A stretch of 64,000 nucleotides of DNA from Eledone cirrhosa (GCA_964016885.1 OZ024744.1:92132001-92196000); one strand, 5' to 3'. Numbered from the stretch's first letter, positions 13,161 through 27,177 are shown. Notes: generated by a model from the sequence alone, not told the origin. A program made the numbers and translations.

Positions 13161-14160
13161 AACAAACATCTTTTTTTTAAATATTATGTATAGATATTAA
13201 AATGAGCCATCATTTTTTACGGCACGGAGCCAGCTAGTAATATAAGAACGCTGTCTATCTGTCCATCACACTCACTATTGCCAATCTAACAAATCGTAAT
13301 TTTGAAATTCACAACAGGCTATATAAAAACAAATATATATATAGTTATATACAAGCAGAATTTTCTTGAATGAAAGAGAAAATGTGATAAAAACTGTATG
13401 ACCGGTAGTTAGTATTGTAGCGGCATTACTTCATACCTCGCAATAACAATATTTCATGCGCGATTTGGTTAGGTAGACCAATCGTGTAATCGCGCATGAA
13501 TATACTGTTACTTCCGGTCTAGTAAACTGGGTTCACCAGGGAGAATTTCTGACCACCAACATGAGAAGACGTACTACTGAATAGTTCCTACCATGTTCTT
13601 CATATTTCCTATGAAGAAGTACCACTGGATATTTTCTACCATGTTCTTCATATTTTACTCTGAAGAGGTACTGAATATTGTCAACAGAGATATATTCAAC
13701 ATTTCCTGTATTGTTCTAGGAAGTTTCTTTCTAGCCTTGACTGATTTAGCAAATGTATGGCTAGTTACTACTTTTTGTATTAATATCCGCGTGTGTATAT
13801 ATATTTGGCCTACGAGCAATAAATGTTTATATAACGTATCGAGTGTTGAAGGCATAATTATTTATATATGGATATTAGAAGCCCGTTGATGCAAGTATTA
13901 AGAACGAATCACCACGGACAAAGGTCTTTCCTCGAAGCCTTATCTTCCAATGATTAAATCATACTTTTATATGTGATAGAACAAGTGTCGGTAAATGTTC
14001 CAACTCATATGTAATTACTGAAAAGTATAAATATGCATTTCACACTCCTTCTGTTATAATATCAGAAATAGAAAGACCAATGGGAACATCATTTTCTTGG
14101 TTCGATTTGGTTCGATTTGACGAGGTCCATCGCACTCAATAAATGAATGAGATCTCGGAT

Positions 14161-14825
14161 CAGTTTGGGGACTGAGAATACCTGAGAGTTCAACGACAGT
14201 TTGGGAACTGGGAATACCTGAGACTTCAACGACAGTTTGGGAACTTGGAATACCTGAGACTTCAAGAACAGTTTGCGGACTGGGAATACCTGACACTTCA
14301 ACGACAGTTTGGGAACTTGGAATACCTGAGACTTCAACGACAGTTTGGGAACTTGGAATACCTGAGACTTCAACGACAGTTTGGGAGCTGGGAATACCTG
14401 AGACTTCAACGACAGTTTGGGGACTGGGAATACCTGAGACTTCAACGATAGTTTGGGGACTGCGAATACCTGAGACGTCAACGACAGTTTGGGAACTGGG
14501 AATACCTGAGACTTCAACGACAGTTTGGGAACTGGGAATACCTGAGACTTCAACGACAGTTTGGGGACTGGGAATACCTGAGACTTCAACGACAGTTTGA
14601 GAACTGGGAATACCTGAGACTTCAACGACAGTTTGGGGACTGGGAATACCTGAGACTTCAACGACAGTTTGGGGACTGGCAATACCTGAGACGTCAACGA
14701 CAGTTTGGTAACTGGGAATACCTGAGACTTCAACGACAGTTTGGGAACTGGGAATACCTGAGACTTCAACGAGAGTTTGGGGACTTGGAATACCTCAGAC
14801 TTCAACCAGAGTTTGGGAACTGGGT
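14161..14825 (+). repeat. 36-bp tandem repeat, ~18 copies
   Basis: Unit cagtttgggaactgggaatacctgagacttcaacga. Confidence 0.95.
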
Positions 14826-14906
14826 ATGTATGTGTGCATATACGTTTATATCAGTGTGTGTATGTGTGCGCGTATGTGTGTATTTATGTGTGTGTATTTA
14901 TGTACG

Positions 14907-15230
14907 TGAAGGCGCATGGCTTTGTGGTTAGAGCATTGGGCTTGCAATCGGAAGGATGTGAGTTCGATTCTCAGACCGGGTGATACGTTGTGTCCTTGAG
15001 CAAGGCACTTTATTTCACATTGCTCCAGTTTACTCAGCTGTAGGAATGAGCTGCGACATCACTGGTGCCAAGCTGTATCAGCCATTACCTGTCCCTTGGA
15101 CATCATCGGTGGTGTGGAGAGGAGAGGCTGGTATGTATGAGTGACTGCTGGTCTTCCACAAACAACCTTAGCCTCGGACTTGTGCTTTGGAGGGGGGACT
15201 TTCTAGGTGCAAATCCCATTCGTGATCGGG
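14907..15230 (+). mobile_element. tRNA-derived SINE family B (CORE-like domain)
   Basis: tggctttgtggttagagc, gagttcgattctc, CORE-like tgtgtccttgagcaaggcactt. Confidence 0.7.
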
Positions 15231-15249
15231 AGGGGGGGGGGTCAAAAAA

Positions 15250-15922
15250 GTATGGGTATGTGTGTGCATGTGTGCGTGTATGTGTATGTATGTGTGTGTG
15301 TATGTATATGTGTGTATAGCTATGTGTATGAGTGTCTGTATGTGTATATGTATATGCGCGTTTGGGCATGTGTGCGTGTATGTGTATGTATGTGTGTGTG
15401 TGTGTCTATGTATATGTGTGTATAGCTATGTGTATGTGTGTCTATGTGTATATGTATATGCGCGTGTGTGCATGTGTGGGTGTATGGGCGTGTGTGTATG
15501 TGTGTGTATGTATGTGTATGTGTGTTTGAAATGTGTATTTGTATATGCGTGTATGTGCATGTGTGCGTGTATGTGTATGTATGTGTGTGTGTGTGTATGT
15601 GTGTGTATGTATATGTGTGTATAGCTATGTGTATGTGTGTCTGTATGTGTATATGTATATGCGCGTGTGTGCATGTGTGCGTGATTGTGTATGTGTGTGT
15701 GTATGTGTGTTTATGTATGTGTGTATAGCTATGTGTATGTGTGTCTGTATGTGTATTTGTATATGTGTGTGTGTGTGCATGTGTGCGTGTATGTGTATGT
15801 ATGTGTGTGTGTGTGTGTGTATGTGTGTGTATGTGTGTATGTGTGTATGTGTGTGTATGTGCATGTGTGTGTGTGTGCGTGCGTGTGTGTGTGTATGTGT
15901 GTGTATGTGCATGTGTGTGTGT
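15250..15922 (+). repeat. Degenerate (TG/TA) compound microsatellite
   Basis: Direct observation. Confidence 0.9.
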
Positions 15923-17007
15923 ACAATAAATGACAATAAATCACTGTATGACAGCTTTTCATGTTAATTCATATTGCAACAAAAACTACTGCAAAGCTAT
16001 GTATTCTAAGATTGTTACAATCGTCACATACCTAGCTTCAGCGGAAACAGGGGGAAGTAATCAACGATCTCACCGTTTCTAATTTATTAGTGGTTATCAT
16101 AATTACACATCCTCTCGCTTTTGCTGAAGTTAAACTAAGCTTGATTCTGATAGAATTCTGCATATGTTTAAGAGCTGAAGAACGTCATTTGCATGCGGAG
16201 CGGTATCCGGTCTGGCATAAAATAAAAAATTGTATTGGTGTTCCAACATATATACATATATGAATGTATGTATTTTATATTTAATTATATACGGGATATC
16301 TACGAAAAACATGTTGAATGCCTTTCGCTATGGATTCTAAGATTGTGACGATCGTCACAAACCTAGCTTCAACATAAACAGGAGGAAGAAATATATGATG
16401 TCACTGTTTCTCACATATTAGTGGTTATCATGACTACACATCCTCCCTCCCGTTTTTGCAGAATCTAAACTAAGCTGGATGGCAGCGAATTGGCAGAGTC
16501 GTTAGAATGTCGGATAGAATGCTTTATGATATTCCTTCCGCCTCTCTACTCAAATCCCACCGAAATCAACTTTGCCTTTCATCTTTTTGAGGTCGATAAA
16601 AAAAAGTACCAGTTTAGTACTGGGGTGGATTCTTCCTTTATATCTCTTTCTCATTTCCTTACACTCTAACGTTCTATCTTTCTCTGGAAGAAATCTGCTG
16701 TATTCAGACCTGAGAGAACGATGGGCTCTGCTTAGCTTAAAATCCCCCAAGATACACCGTATGTCAATACAGCCCCCCAACGACTCTCAGGAATTACGGA
16801 TCCATACATACAAACAAAGGTGGATTCTTATAGAATTTCTGCTTATGTTTATGAGCTGATGAAACACATTTGAATACGGAGCGGTATACGGAAAGGCCTT
16901 CCAAATGTCTTTCATAAACATCCTGTATATTATTCAACATACAATACGTATTTCGCTATGTAGGAGCACCAATACAAATTTCAATTGTTAAACTGACGTG
17001 GTGTGAG

Positions 17008-17029
<22 letters not shown>

Positions 17030-17039
<10 letters not shown>

Positions 17040-17239
17040 TCATCGCCATCATCATTATCATTATTGTCATCATCATCATCAACACCATCGTCACTATCAT
17101 CATCATCTTCGTCATCATAATCGTCATCGTCATTACCATCACCATATCATATAATTATCAGCAGCAACAGCAGCAGCATTTTCATTGTCATCGTCTTCAT
17201 CCCACCACCATCACCATCACCACCACCACCACCACCACC

Positions 17240-17270
<31 letters not shown>

Positions 17271-17361
17271 CCACCATCAGCACCACCATCACCACCATCA
17301 CCACCACTACCACCACCATCACCACCACCATCAGCACCACCACCACCACCACCATCATCAT

Positions 17362-17392
<31 letters not shown>

Positions 17393-17466
17393 ATCATCAT
17401 CACCACCACCACCACCACCACCACCATCATCATCATCACCACCACCACCACCACCACCATCATCAT

Positions 17467-17497
<31 letters not shown>

Positions 17498-17829
17498 ATC
17501 ATCATCACCACCACCACCACCACCACCACCACCACCATCACCACCACCACCACCACCATCAGCACCACCACCACCACCACCACCACCACCACCACCATCA
17601 CCACCACCATCAGCAGCACCACCACCACCACCACCACCACCACCACCACCACCACTACCACCACTACCACCACCACCACCACCATCACCACCACCACCAC
17701 CACCACTACCATCAGCACCATCACCACCACCACCACCACCACCACCACCACCACCACCACCACCACCACCACCACCACCACCATCACCACCACCATCACC
17801 ACCACCACCACCACCACCACCATCATCAT

Positions 17830-17860
<31 letters not shown>

Positions 17861-19100
17861 ATCATCATCACCACCACCACCACCACCACCACCATCATCA
17901 TCATCACCACCACCACCACCACCACCACCATCATCATCATCAGCACCACCACCACCATCATCATCATCACCACCACCACCACCACCACCACCACCACCAT
18001 CACCACCACCACCACCACCATCAGCACCACCACCACCACCACCACCACCACCACCACCACCATCACCACCACCATCAGCAGCAGCACCACCACCACCACC
18101 ACCACCACCACCACCACCACTACCACCATCACCACCACCACCACCACCATCACCACCACCACCACCACCACTACCATCAGCACCATCACCACCACCACCA
18201 CCACCACCACCACCACCACCACCACCACCACCACCACCATCACCACCACCATCACCACCACCACCACCACCACCACTACCATCAGCACCACCACCACCAC
18301 CACCACCACCACCATCACCACTACCATCAGCACCACCACCACCACCACCACCACCACCACCGCCGCCACCACCACCACCACCACCACCACCACCACCACC
18401 ACCACCATCACCACCACCACCACCATCACCACCACCACCACCATCACCACCATCACCACCACTATCACCACCACCACCATCACCATCACCACCACCACCA
18501 CCATCACCACCACCACCATCACCAGCACCACCACCACCACCATCACCAGCACCACCACCACCACCATCACCACCACCACCACCACCCACCATCACCACCA
18601 TCACCACCATCACCACCGCCATCACCACTACCACCACCACCACCACCACCACCACCACCACCATCACCACCACCACCATCACCAGCACCACCACCACCAC
18701 CATCACCACCACCACCACCACCCACCATCACCACCATCACCACCGCCATCACCACTACCACCACCACCACCACCACCACCACCACCATCATCATCAGCAC
18801 CACCACCTCCACCACCCACCATCACCACCATCACCACCGCCATCAGCACCACCACCACCACCACCACCACCACCACCACCACCACCACCACCACCACCAC
18901 CCACCATTACCACCATCACCACCGCCATCAGCACCACCATCACCATCACCACCGCCACCACCACCACCACCACCACCACCACCACCACCACCACCACCGC
19001 CACCGCCACCACCACCACCACCACCACCACCACCCACCATTACCACCATCACCACCGCCATCAGCACCACCGCTACAACACCTATCATCATCATCATCAA
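17030..19100 (+). repeat. ~2.1-kb (CAC/CAT)n trinucleotide tract
   Basis: Direct observation; abuts an RTE-like 3' UTR (ggctggatgc..cctaac) on the minus strand at ~19100-19290. Confidence 0.95.
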
Positions 19101-19279
19101 CAACATTTTATGTTTACTTTCCATATTGGCATGATTTAGACAGGTTGTGATGGTCTGAGGCCAAATAGATCGGAATAACGCCATCTTGTTCACACCTTCT
19201 ACATTTGGCATGGTATTTAATGGCTGGATGCTGTTCCTAACGCCTACCATCTTACACGATATGCAGGGCCCACTTTATT

Positions 19280-20350
19280 TCGTGGAATCACTACTACCAT
19301 TTTACAGAGTGTACTGGGTGTGTATTTATATTTTCGTGGCACCACTACAACCACTTTACAGAGTGTACTGGGTGTATATTTTTCATGGCACCACCACCAC
19401 TACCTCTTTACAGTGTGTACTGGGTGTATATTTTTCATGGCACCACCAACACTACCACTTCACAGAGTGTACTGGGTGTATTTTTTCGTGGCATCACCTA
19501 TACCACTTTACAGAGTGCACTGGGTGTATATTTATGTTTTCGTGGCACCACTACTACCACTTTACAGAATGTACTGGTGTGTATTTTGTCGTGGCACCAA
19601 CACTACCACTTTATAGAGTGTACTGGGAGGATTTTGTCGTGGCACCACTACTACATTAGAGAGTATACTGGGTGTATAATTTTGTGGCACCAACACTACC
19701 ACTTTACAGAGTGTTCTGGATGTATTTTTCGTGTCACCAACACTACCAGTGTACAGAGTGTACTGGGTGTATTTTGTCGTGGCACCACTACTACATTACA
19801 GAGTGTACTGGGTGTATAATTTTGTGGCACCAACACTACCACTTTACAGAGTGTTCTGGATGTATTTTGTCGTGGCACCAACACTACCACTTTACAGAGT
19901 GTACTGGGTGTATTTTGTCGTGGCACCAACACTACCATTTTACAGAGTGTACTGGGAGTATTTTGTCGTGGCACCACCACTACCACTGTACAGAGTGTAC
20001 TGGGTGTATTTTGTCGTGGCACCACCACTACTACTTTACAGAGTGTACTGGGTGTATTTTGTCGTTACACCAACACTACCACTTTACAGAGTGTACTGGA
20101 TGTATTTTGTCGTGGCACCAACACTACCACTTTATAGAGTGTACTGGGAGTATTTTGTCGTGGCACCACCTCTACCACTTTACAGAGTGTACTGGGTGTA
20201 TTTTGTCGTGGCACCAACACTACCACTTTACAGAGTGTACTGGCTGTATTTTGTCGTGACACCTCTACTACCACTTTACAGAGTGTACTGGATGTATTTT
20301 GTCGTGGCACCACCTCTACCACTTTACAGAGTGTACTGGGTGTATATTTT
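19280..20350 (+). repeat. 48-bp tandem repeat related to the RTE 3' UTR
   Basis: Unit actaccactttacagagtgtactgggtgtattttgtcgtggcaccaac; similar single-copy segment at ~38328-38372. Confidence 0.9.
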
Positions 20351-20457
20351 CATGAGACTAACACTAGAAAGGGTTGTCACTAGTTTGTTTAAACTGAAGA
20401 GTTCATTTAGACCCTATACAGTCTTCGTTCAATCGCCCGTCTGATACTCTCACCATG

Positions 20458-21652
20458 GTTTATTTTAGTGTTGCAGTGAATGTACCGGGTGGAGAGAACT
20501 ATAGCAACTTGCCGAGACAATTACGAAATACTATCAAGACCACACACCCAGGACACGTTTTATTTTAGTGTCGCAATGAATGTACCGGGTGGAGAGAACT
20601 ATACCAACTTGCCGAGACAATTACGAAATACTATCAAGATCACACACCCAGGACACGTTTTATTTTAGTGTCGCAGTGAATGTACCGGGTGGAGAGAACT
20701 ATACCAACTTGCCGAGACAATTACGAAATACTATCAAGATCACACACCCAGGACACGTTTTATTTTAGTGTCGCAGTGAATGTACCGGGTGGAGAGAACT
20801 ATACCAACTTGCCGAGACAATTACGAAATACTATCAAGACCACACACCCAGGACACGTTTTATTTTAGTGTCGCAGTGAATGTACCGGGTGGAGAGAACT
20901 ATACCAACTTGCTGAGACAATTACGAAATACTATCAAGATCACACACCCAGGACACGTTTTATTTTAGTGTCGCAGTGAATGTACCGGGTGGAGAGAACT
21001 ATACCAACTTGCCGAGACAATTACGAAATACTATCAAGATCACACACCCAGGACACGTTTTATTTTAGTGTCGCAGTGAATGTACCGGGTGGAGAGAACT
21101 ATAGCAACTTGCTGAGACAATTACGAAATACTATCAAGACCACACACCCAGGACACGTTTTATTTTAGTGTCGCAGTGAATGTACCGGGTGGAGAGTACT
21201 ATAGCAACTTGCTGAGACAATTACGAAATACTATCAAGACCACACACCCAGGACACGTTTTATTTTAGTGTCGCAGTGAATGTACCGGGTGGAGAGTACT
21301 ATAGCAACTTGCTGAGACAATTACGAAATACTATCAAGACCACACACCCAGGACACATTTTATTTTAGCGTCGCAGTGAATGTACCGGGTGCAGAGTACT
21401 ATAGCAACTTGCTGAGACAATTACGAAATACTATCAAGACCAAACACCCAGGACACGTTTTATTTTAGTGTCGCAGTGAATGTACCGGGTGGAGAGTACT
21501 ATACCAACTTGCTGAGACAATTACGAAATACTATTAAGACCAAACACCCAGGACACGTTTTATTTTAGTGTCGCAGTGAATGTACCGGGTGGAGAGTACT
21601 ATACCAACTTGCTGAGACAATTACGAAATACTATTAAGACCAAACACTCAGG
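20458..21652 (+). repeat. 100-bp tandem repeat, ~12 copies, containing mariner transposase sequence
   Basis: Exact 100-bp period; unit encodes GENYTNLLRQLRNTIKTTHPG and runs into the transposase. Confidence 0.9.
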
Positions 21653-21967
21653 AAAACTGATGAAAAAGGTGTTGTTTCATCAGGACAATGTTCCAGCACC
21701 CAGTTCCTTGGTCTCAATGGCTGCTGTACACGTCTTTATCTATGAACTGGCTGATTACCCTTTCTATTTTCCTGGTCCGTCCTTATCTGACTATTATCTG
21801 TTCCCCAACATAGAAAAAACGCTCGGCTCCTAACCATTATCGCAATCATGATGATGTTTTATCTGCTGTTGATGATTAACAGGATGAAAGCCTCTTCATC
21901 AATGGGATCCAACCGCTGCAACACTGATGGAAAAAGTGTCTGGACCGCAGGAGGGAACTATGTTGAA
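21589..21967 (+). pseudogene. mariner transposase catalytic (D,D34D) C-terminal fragment
   Basis: GEYYTNLLRQLR..VLFHQDNVPA..YPFYFPGPSLSDYYLFPN (cf. HxDNAPxH, YSPDLAPSDY) and later GNYVE. Confidence 0.85.
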
Positions 21968-21977
21968 CCCCCCCTCC

Positions 21978-22162
21978 ATAATTGTTTCTATTTTTGGCAC
22001 AAGGCCAGCAAGTTACATTACTGGTACTTTATTTTATCGACCCCCGTAAGGATGAAAGGCAAAGTTAACCTCGACGGGATTTGAACTCAGAACATAAAGA
22101 GACGTAACTCTATGCTGTAAAGCATGGCATCCGACCCTCTACCGATACTGCCAATCCACCGC
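21978..22162 (-). mobile_element. SINE family A copy inserted in the mariner 3' end
   Basis: Reverse complement of SINE A. Confidence 0.8.
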
Positions 22163-22189
22163 GATTGAAAAAAAAAACCCCAAAATAAT

Positions 22190-22587
22190 AAACCTCATAT
22201 GGTCACATTCCATGAGAGTATCTTAATCCGCCTATGAACCTTTCAGTTGACCCTCATGTTATGTCAATCAGCTTGGCCTTGTGTCCTTTCTGTCATTTTA
22301 TTTAAGATGGACAATGTTGAAAAAAAACCCTTAAATGATTGCTTCTACTTTTGGCACAAGGCCAGCAATTAGTCAGTACATTACTGGTACTTTATTTTAT
22401 CGACCCCATAAGGATTAAAGGCAAAGTTAACCTCGGCGGGATTTGAACTCAGGACATAAAGGGACGTAACTCTATGCTGTAAAGCATGGCGTCCGTTCCT
22501 CTACTTGAAACTGCCAAAAACCTCATTTGGTCACATTCCATGAGAGTATCTTAATCAGCCTATGAACCTTTCAGTTGACCCTCATGT
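22190..22587 (+). mobile_element. mariner right end duplicated (22190-22257, 22518-22587) with a SINE A copy (22338-22516, -) between
   Basis: ggtcacattccatgagagtatcttaatc.gcctatgaacctttcagttgaccctcat occurs twice. Confidence 0.7.
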
Positions 22588-22710
22588 TATGTCATTTTAT
22601 TTAAGAGGTTCAGTTTCTTGAGGTCATTATTCATGAATATTTAAAACAATAAAAATGTTTTGCTATTATTACAAAGGACATTAGCTTCAAACCTTTTATT
22701 TCAGACGTTG

Positions 22711-22823
<113 letters not shown>

Positions 22824-22850
22824 TTATATATCTTCCTCCTTCTCTCTCTC

Positions 22851-22885
<35 letters not shown>

Positions 22886-22990
22886 GCCTCTCTCTCTCTG
22901 TGCCTCCCTCTCTCTCTGACCCTCTCTCTCTCTCCATGAAAATGAAGTTAAATAATCCAAAACTTGATTCTTATAAAATGTATTTGCCTT

Positions 22991-23021
<31 letters not shown>

Positions 23022-23258
23022 AACACATCTCTCTCTCTCTTACCCTGTCTCTCTCCCTTTCTCTCCCTTTCTCTCTCTCTCTCTCTCTCTATCTATCTCG
23101 CTGTATATATATATATATATATATATATTTATCTAACGTCCTCACTTGGTTGTTAAAGAGTTGTTACGTTTTAACATCAGCCCCTCTCCTCAATATCTCA
23201 CGCTTTCACACCTACCCTCTCACTCACACAGTCTCCTTCTCCCCCCCCCTCTCTCTCT

Positions 23259-23313
<55 letters not shown>

Positions 23314-23463
23314 TCTCTCTCTCCCACGCACGAACGCACACACACACACACTCGCTTTTTTACATACTCTCTCTCTCACTACCCCCCCCTCACAAACACA
23401 CTCTTTCTGTGTCTCTCTATTTACTATACATGTTTTTGAAGATTTACTTTCTAACAAAAACAT

Positions 23464-23533
<70 letters not shown>

Positions 23534-23569
23534 AGGAGGTTATAGTTCACATGAAGCATTGTGTAATGA

Positions 23570-26500
23570 GGTATAAACGTTTGTGTAAGTATAATAAAGC
23601 CAAAACAATGCAAGTATGGACATAGAATAAAGAATGCAAATGCAAAAGATATTGTTGACAATTAGTCTTTTATCTTAGATTTATTTAAATGTCCTTATTT
23701 TCGAGATAATATCTCTTCTTTGGAGGGAAGTAAAGCGGTTGAACCAGTGTTCTAAATAGCTTGCCAAGTCATGCTGACAGGAAATGGTATAGAGTATCTG
23801 TTCTATCTCTCATGTCAAAGAGTTAAGGTTAAGTGGATAAACAGTAGTCTCCCTTTAAAAGGTTTTTTTTTTGTACATGCCTGTTTAAGTGTGTGGGAGA
23901 ATGCATGAAAGTGTAAGTATGTGAGTGTGTGTGTGTGAGAGTGAGAAGATATGTCTATACGTAAATGTGGGGGATAGATGTTATCTCGTGTTAGAACTGG
24001 TCTTTGTGTGTGTATGTGTGTGTGTGAGAGAGAATAAGTGGAGGTGTAAGCGTGTGTGTGTGTGTGTGTGTGTGTAAATATGGGGTTAGAAGCTCTATCA
24101 AGTTATAAATTGGGTGTTGAGTTCTAGTCTATTATTGATTGGTGGTTGTGTTTTGTCTATAATTACTGCTTCCTTAATTCTAAGATTGCCGAGGTTTCTT
24201 TCCTTAGTTTCTATCCTAACTGTTATGGTTTTGTCGGTGTTTTTGCATTTAACTAAGTTAAATTAGGAAGCGTTAGTATTGAGGTGTTCTTTCATTCTTA
24301 TGTGGAGTGGTCTGGTGGTGCTACCTACGTAGAAGTTGTTGCATTTGTCACACTCTAGTCTGTATACGACGTAAGCCTGGTGGCATAGGTCTGTGTCGTT
24401 GATGGAGCAGTTGGCTAGCCTGCAGCAGTTGTCTTGTCTCGTGGAGTGTCTTTTGGTTAGATGTCCGCGTAGAGAAGAACCTGAGTGGGCCAGTTGGATA
24501 TCTAGTCCCTCTCGTCTGATAGATCTGCGGATGGCTGTTGTTGTTTCGTCACTGAAGTGTGGGAGCTTCAGGAAGTAAGTGTTAGTGCCTCGGGTGTGGT
24601 GTCCTCTGTTCTTTCTGGCACGGTTTGTGGTGGATGTCGTGTATCCATTCAGTTTGAGTACTTCCAGGAAATGTGTGGTGTGTGTGTCTCGGCCTCTAGC
24701 GTCGGTGCATTTGTTCCGGATACGTGTAGTTCGTTCCTTATGTATCCGAACTTAGCGCCGGCTGGGAGGGCCGATCTGAAATGTACGAACAGGTCCCTGC
24801 TGGTGGCGTTTTTATAGAAGCAGGTGTGGATGTTGCCTTCCTCTGTTACCCTGAGTTTGAAGTTCTGTAGGGATAGGGATCCGCGGTCATCGGGGTGTTC
24901 CATGCTGAACTTTATACTGGCGTCCATGCTGGAGAATGTTGTGTATATTTTATCTGCCTCCTCACGGGATGATGTAAGGATGAGTATGACATCTACATAT
25001 CGGGTGAATAAGGTATGGGAATGGCAGGTGTTGAGGGCTCGGCATTCTAGCTGGTTCATATAGGTGATGGCCAGCAGGCCCGATAGGCTGGATTCCATGG
25101 GTAATCCTGTTGTCTGTCTGTATGTGTGGTGGTGGAAGGTGAAGGAGGCAGATAAAATATACACAACATTCTCCAGCATGGACGCCAGTATAAAGTTCAG
25201 CATGGAACACCCCAATGACCGCGGATCCCTATCCCTACTGGACTTAAACTCAGGGTAACAGAGGAAGGCAACATCCACACCCGCTTCTATAAAAACGCCA
25301 CCAGCAGGGACCTGTTCGTACATTTCAGATTGGCCCTCCCAGCCGGCGCTAAGTTCGGATACATAAGGAACGAACTAACACGTATCCGGAACAAATGCAC
25401 CGACGCTAGAGGCCGAGACACACACACCACACATTTCCTGGAAGTACTCAAACTGAATGGATACACGACATCCACCACAAACCATGCCAGAAAGAACAGA
25501 GGACACCACACCTGAGGCACTAACACTTGCTTCCTGAAGCTCCCACACTTCAGTGACGAAACAACAACAGCCATCCGCAGATCTATCAGACGAGAGGGAC
25601 TAGATATCCAACTGGCCCACTCAGGTTCTTCTCTACGCGGACAGCTAACCAAAAGACACTCCACGAGACAAGACAACTGCTGCAGGCTAGCCAACTGCTC
25701 CATCAACGACACAGACCTATGCCACCAGGCACACGTCGTATACAGACTAGAGTGTGACAAATGCAGCAACTTATACATAGGTAGCACCACCAGACCACTC
25801 CACATAAGAATAAAAAAACACCTCAAGACTAACGCTTCCTAATTTAAGAAACACTTAGTTAAATGCAAAAACACCGACAAAACCATAACAGTTAGAATAG
25901 AAACCAAGGAAAGAAACCTCGGCAATCTTAGAATTAAGGAAGCAGTAATTATAGACAAAACACAACCACCAATCAATAATAGACTAGAACTCAACACCCA
26001 ATTTATAACTTGATAGAGCTTCTAGCCCCATATTTAACCCCCCCCCCCACACACACGCACGCACATACGCACACACACACGCACGCACACACACACACAC
26101 ACGCGCTTACACCTCCACTTATTCTCTCACACACACACACATACACACACAAAGACCAGTTCTAACACGAGATAACATCTATCCCCCACATTTATGTAGA
26201 GGCATATCTTCTCACACTCTCACACACACACACTCACATACTTACATCTTCATGCATTCTTCCACACACTTAAACAGGCATGTACAAATAAAAAACCCTT
26301 TTAAAGGAAACTACTTAACCTTAACTCTTTGACATTAGAGATAGAACAGATACTCTATACCATTTCCTGTCAGCATGACTTGGCAAGCTATTTTGAACAC
26401 TGGTTCAACCGCTTTACTTCCCTCCGAAGAAGAGATATTATCTCGAAAATTAAGGACATTTAAATAAATATAAGGTAAAAGACTAATTGTCAACAATATC

Positions 26501-26575
26501 TTTTGCATTTGCATTCTTTATTCTATGTCCATACCAGCATTGTTTTGGCTTTATTATACATATACAAACGTTTAT
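23570..26575. mobile_element. Penelope-like element as a ~3-kb inverted duplication
   Basis: Arms ~23570-24961 and ~25144-26575; RT motifs QTTGLPMESSLSGLLA, TRYVDV (minus); GIY-YIG VVYRLECDKCSNLYIGSTTRPLHIRIKKH..KEAVII..IN (plus ~25735-26013). Confidence 0.92.
26419..26456 (+). ncRNA. Minimal HHR-like motif in the PLE 3' terminus
   Basis: cct-CCGAAGA-a gagat att atctc-GAAA-at-TA-agg; mirrored at ~23692-23727 and ~27352-27388. Confidence 0.55.
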
Positions 26576-26602
26576 ATATATATATATATATATATACGTT
26601 TG

Positions 26603-26655
<53 letters not shown>

Positions 26656-26675
26656 GTATATATATATATACAAAC

Positions 26676-26709
<34 letters not shown>

Positions 26710-27111
26710 AAAGTTATATTTAAAATTGTTGGGTTACAACTAGTAAATATTTATAACTGATATAAAAGCACTCGACAAATATTTGGAGTATATTTACAAT
26801 ATTAAATAAATGGAAACTATATTTTCTATATATATATGTATCTATCTCTATTTCCTCTCTCTCTCTATATATATATCTCTTTCTGTTTCTTTACATGAAG
26901 TTCTTCGCTTTATCTATCTTTCCATCTCTCTATTTTGTTCCATGCATTTCTTTTTTTTCTTCCTTTTCTTCGTTTTCTGTCTTTCTTTCTTTTTTCTCTC
27001 TTCCTTTCTCTCTGTGTAAAATTTTTTCACTGCCAGCTTAAACCTCTTCAAATGGAAGTCGGTGTTATAACGGTATGTCGAATCTATTTATCTATAAAAC
27101 TGTTTATATTG

Positions 27112-27177
27112 TATTTTGTCTGAGGAAGGCATAGCATATTGTTAATATGATATCCCCGAAATATATATAATGAAATA
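27112..27177 (+). ncRNA. HHR motif (mini-palindrome family)
   Basis: tattttgt-CTGAGGA-..-GAAA TATATA TA-atgaaata. Confidence 0.65.

Larger units (their letters stand above)
11038..13237 (+). mobile_element. Non-autonomous Helitron-like element carrying a 28-bp minisatellite
   Basis: A|TC start (tctattgatataaaa..tgtttgtccg), CTAG|T end at 13234-13237; 3' hairpin degenerate. Confidence 0.55.

Noticed and set aside
11086-14825. 28-bp and 36-bp arrays as CRISPR
   Set aside because: Head-to-tail units without unique spacers, no cas genes, eukaryotic context
16856-16915. CTGATGA..GAAA as an HHR
   Set aside because: No consistent stem I and II pairing around the core
17003-19150. Long poly-Thr/His/Gly/Val ORFs (mucin-like or His-rich protein)
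   Set aside because: Stop-free trinucleotide repeat open in several frames on both strands; no non-repetitive coding flank
25513-25515. In-frame TGA in the PLE ORF as selenocysteine
   Set aside because: The other arm has CGA here (CpG decay), and it is not a conserved Cys position
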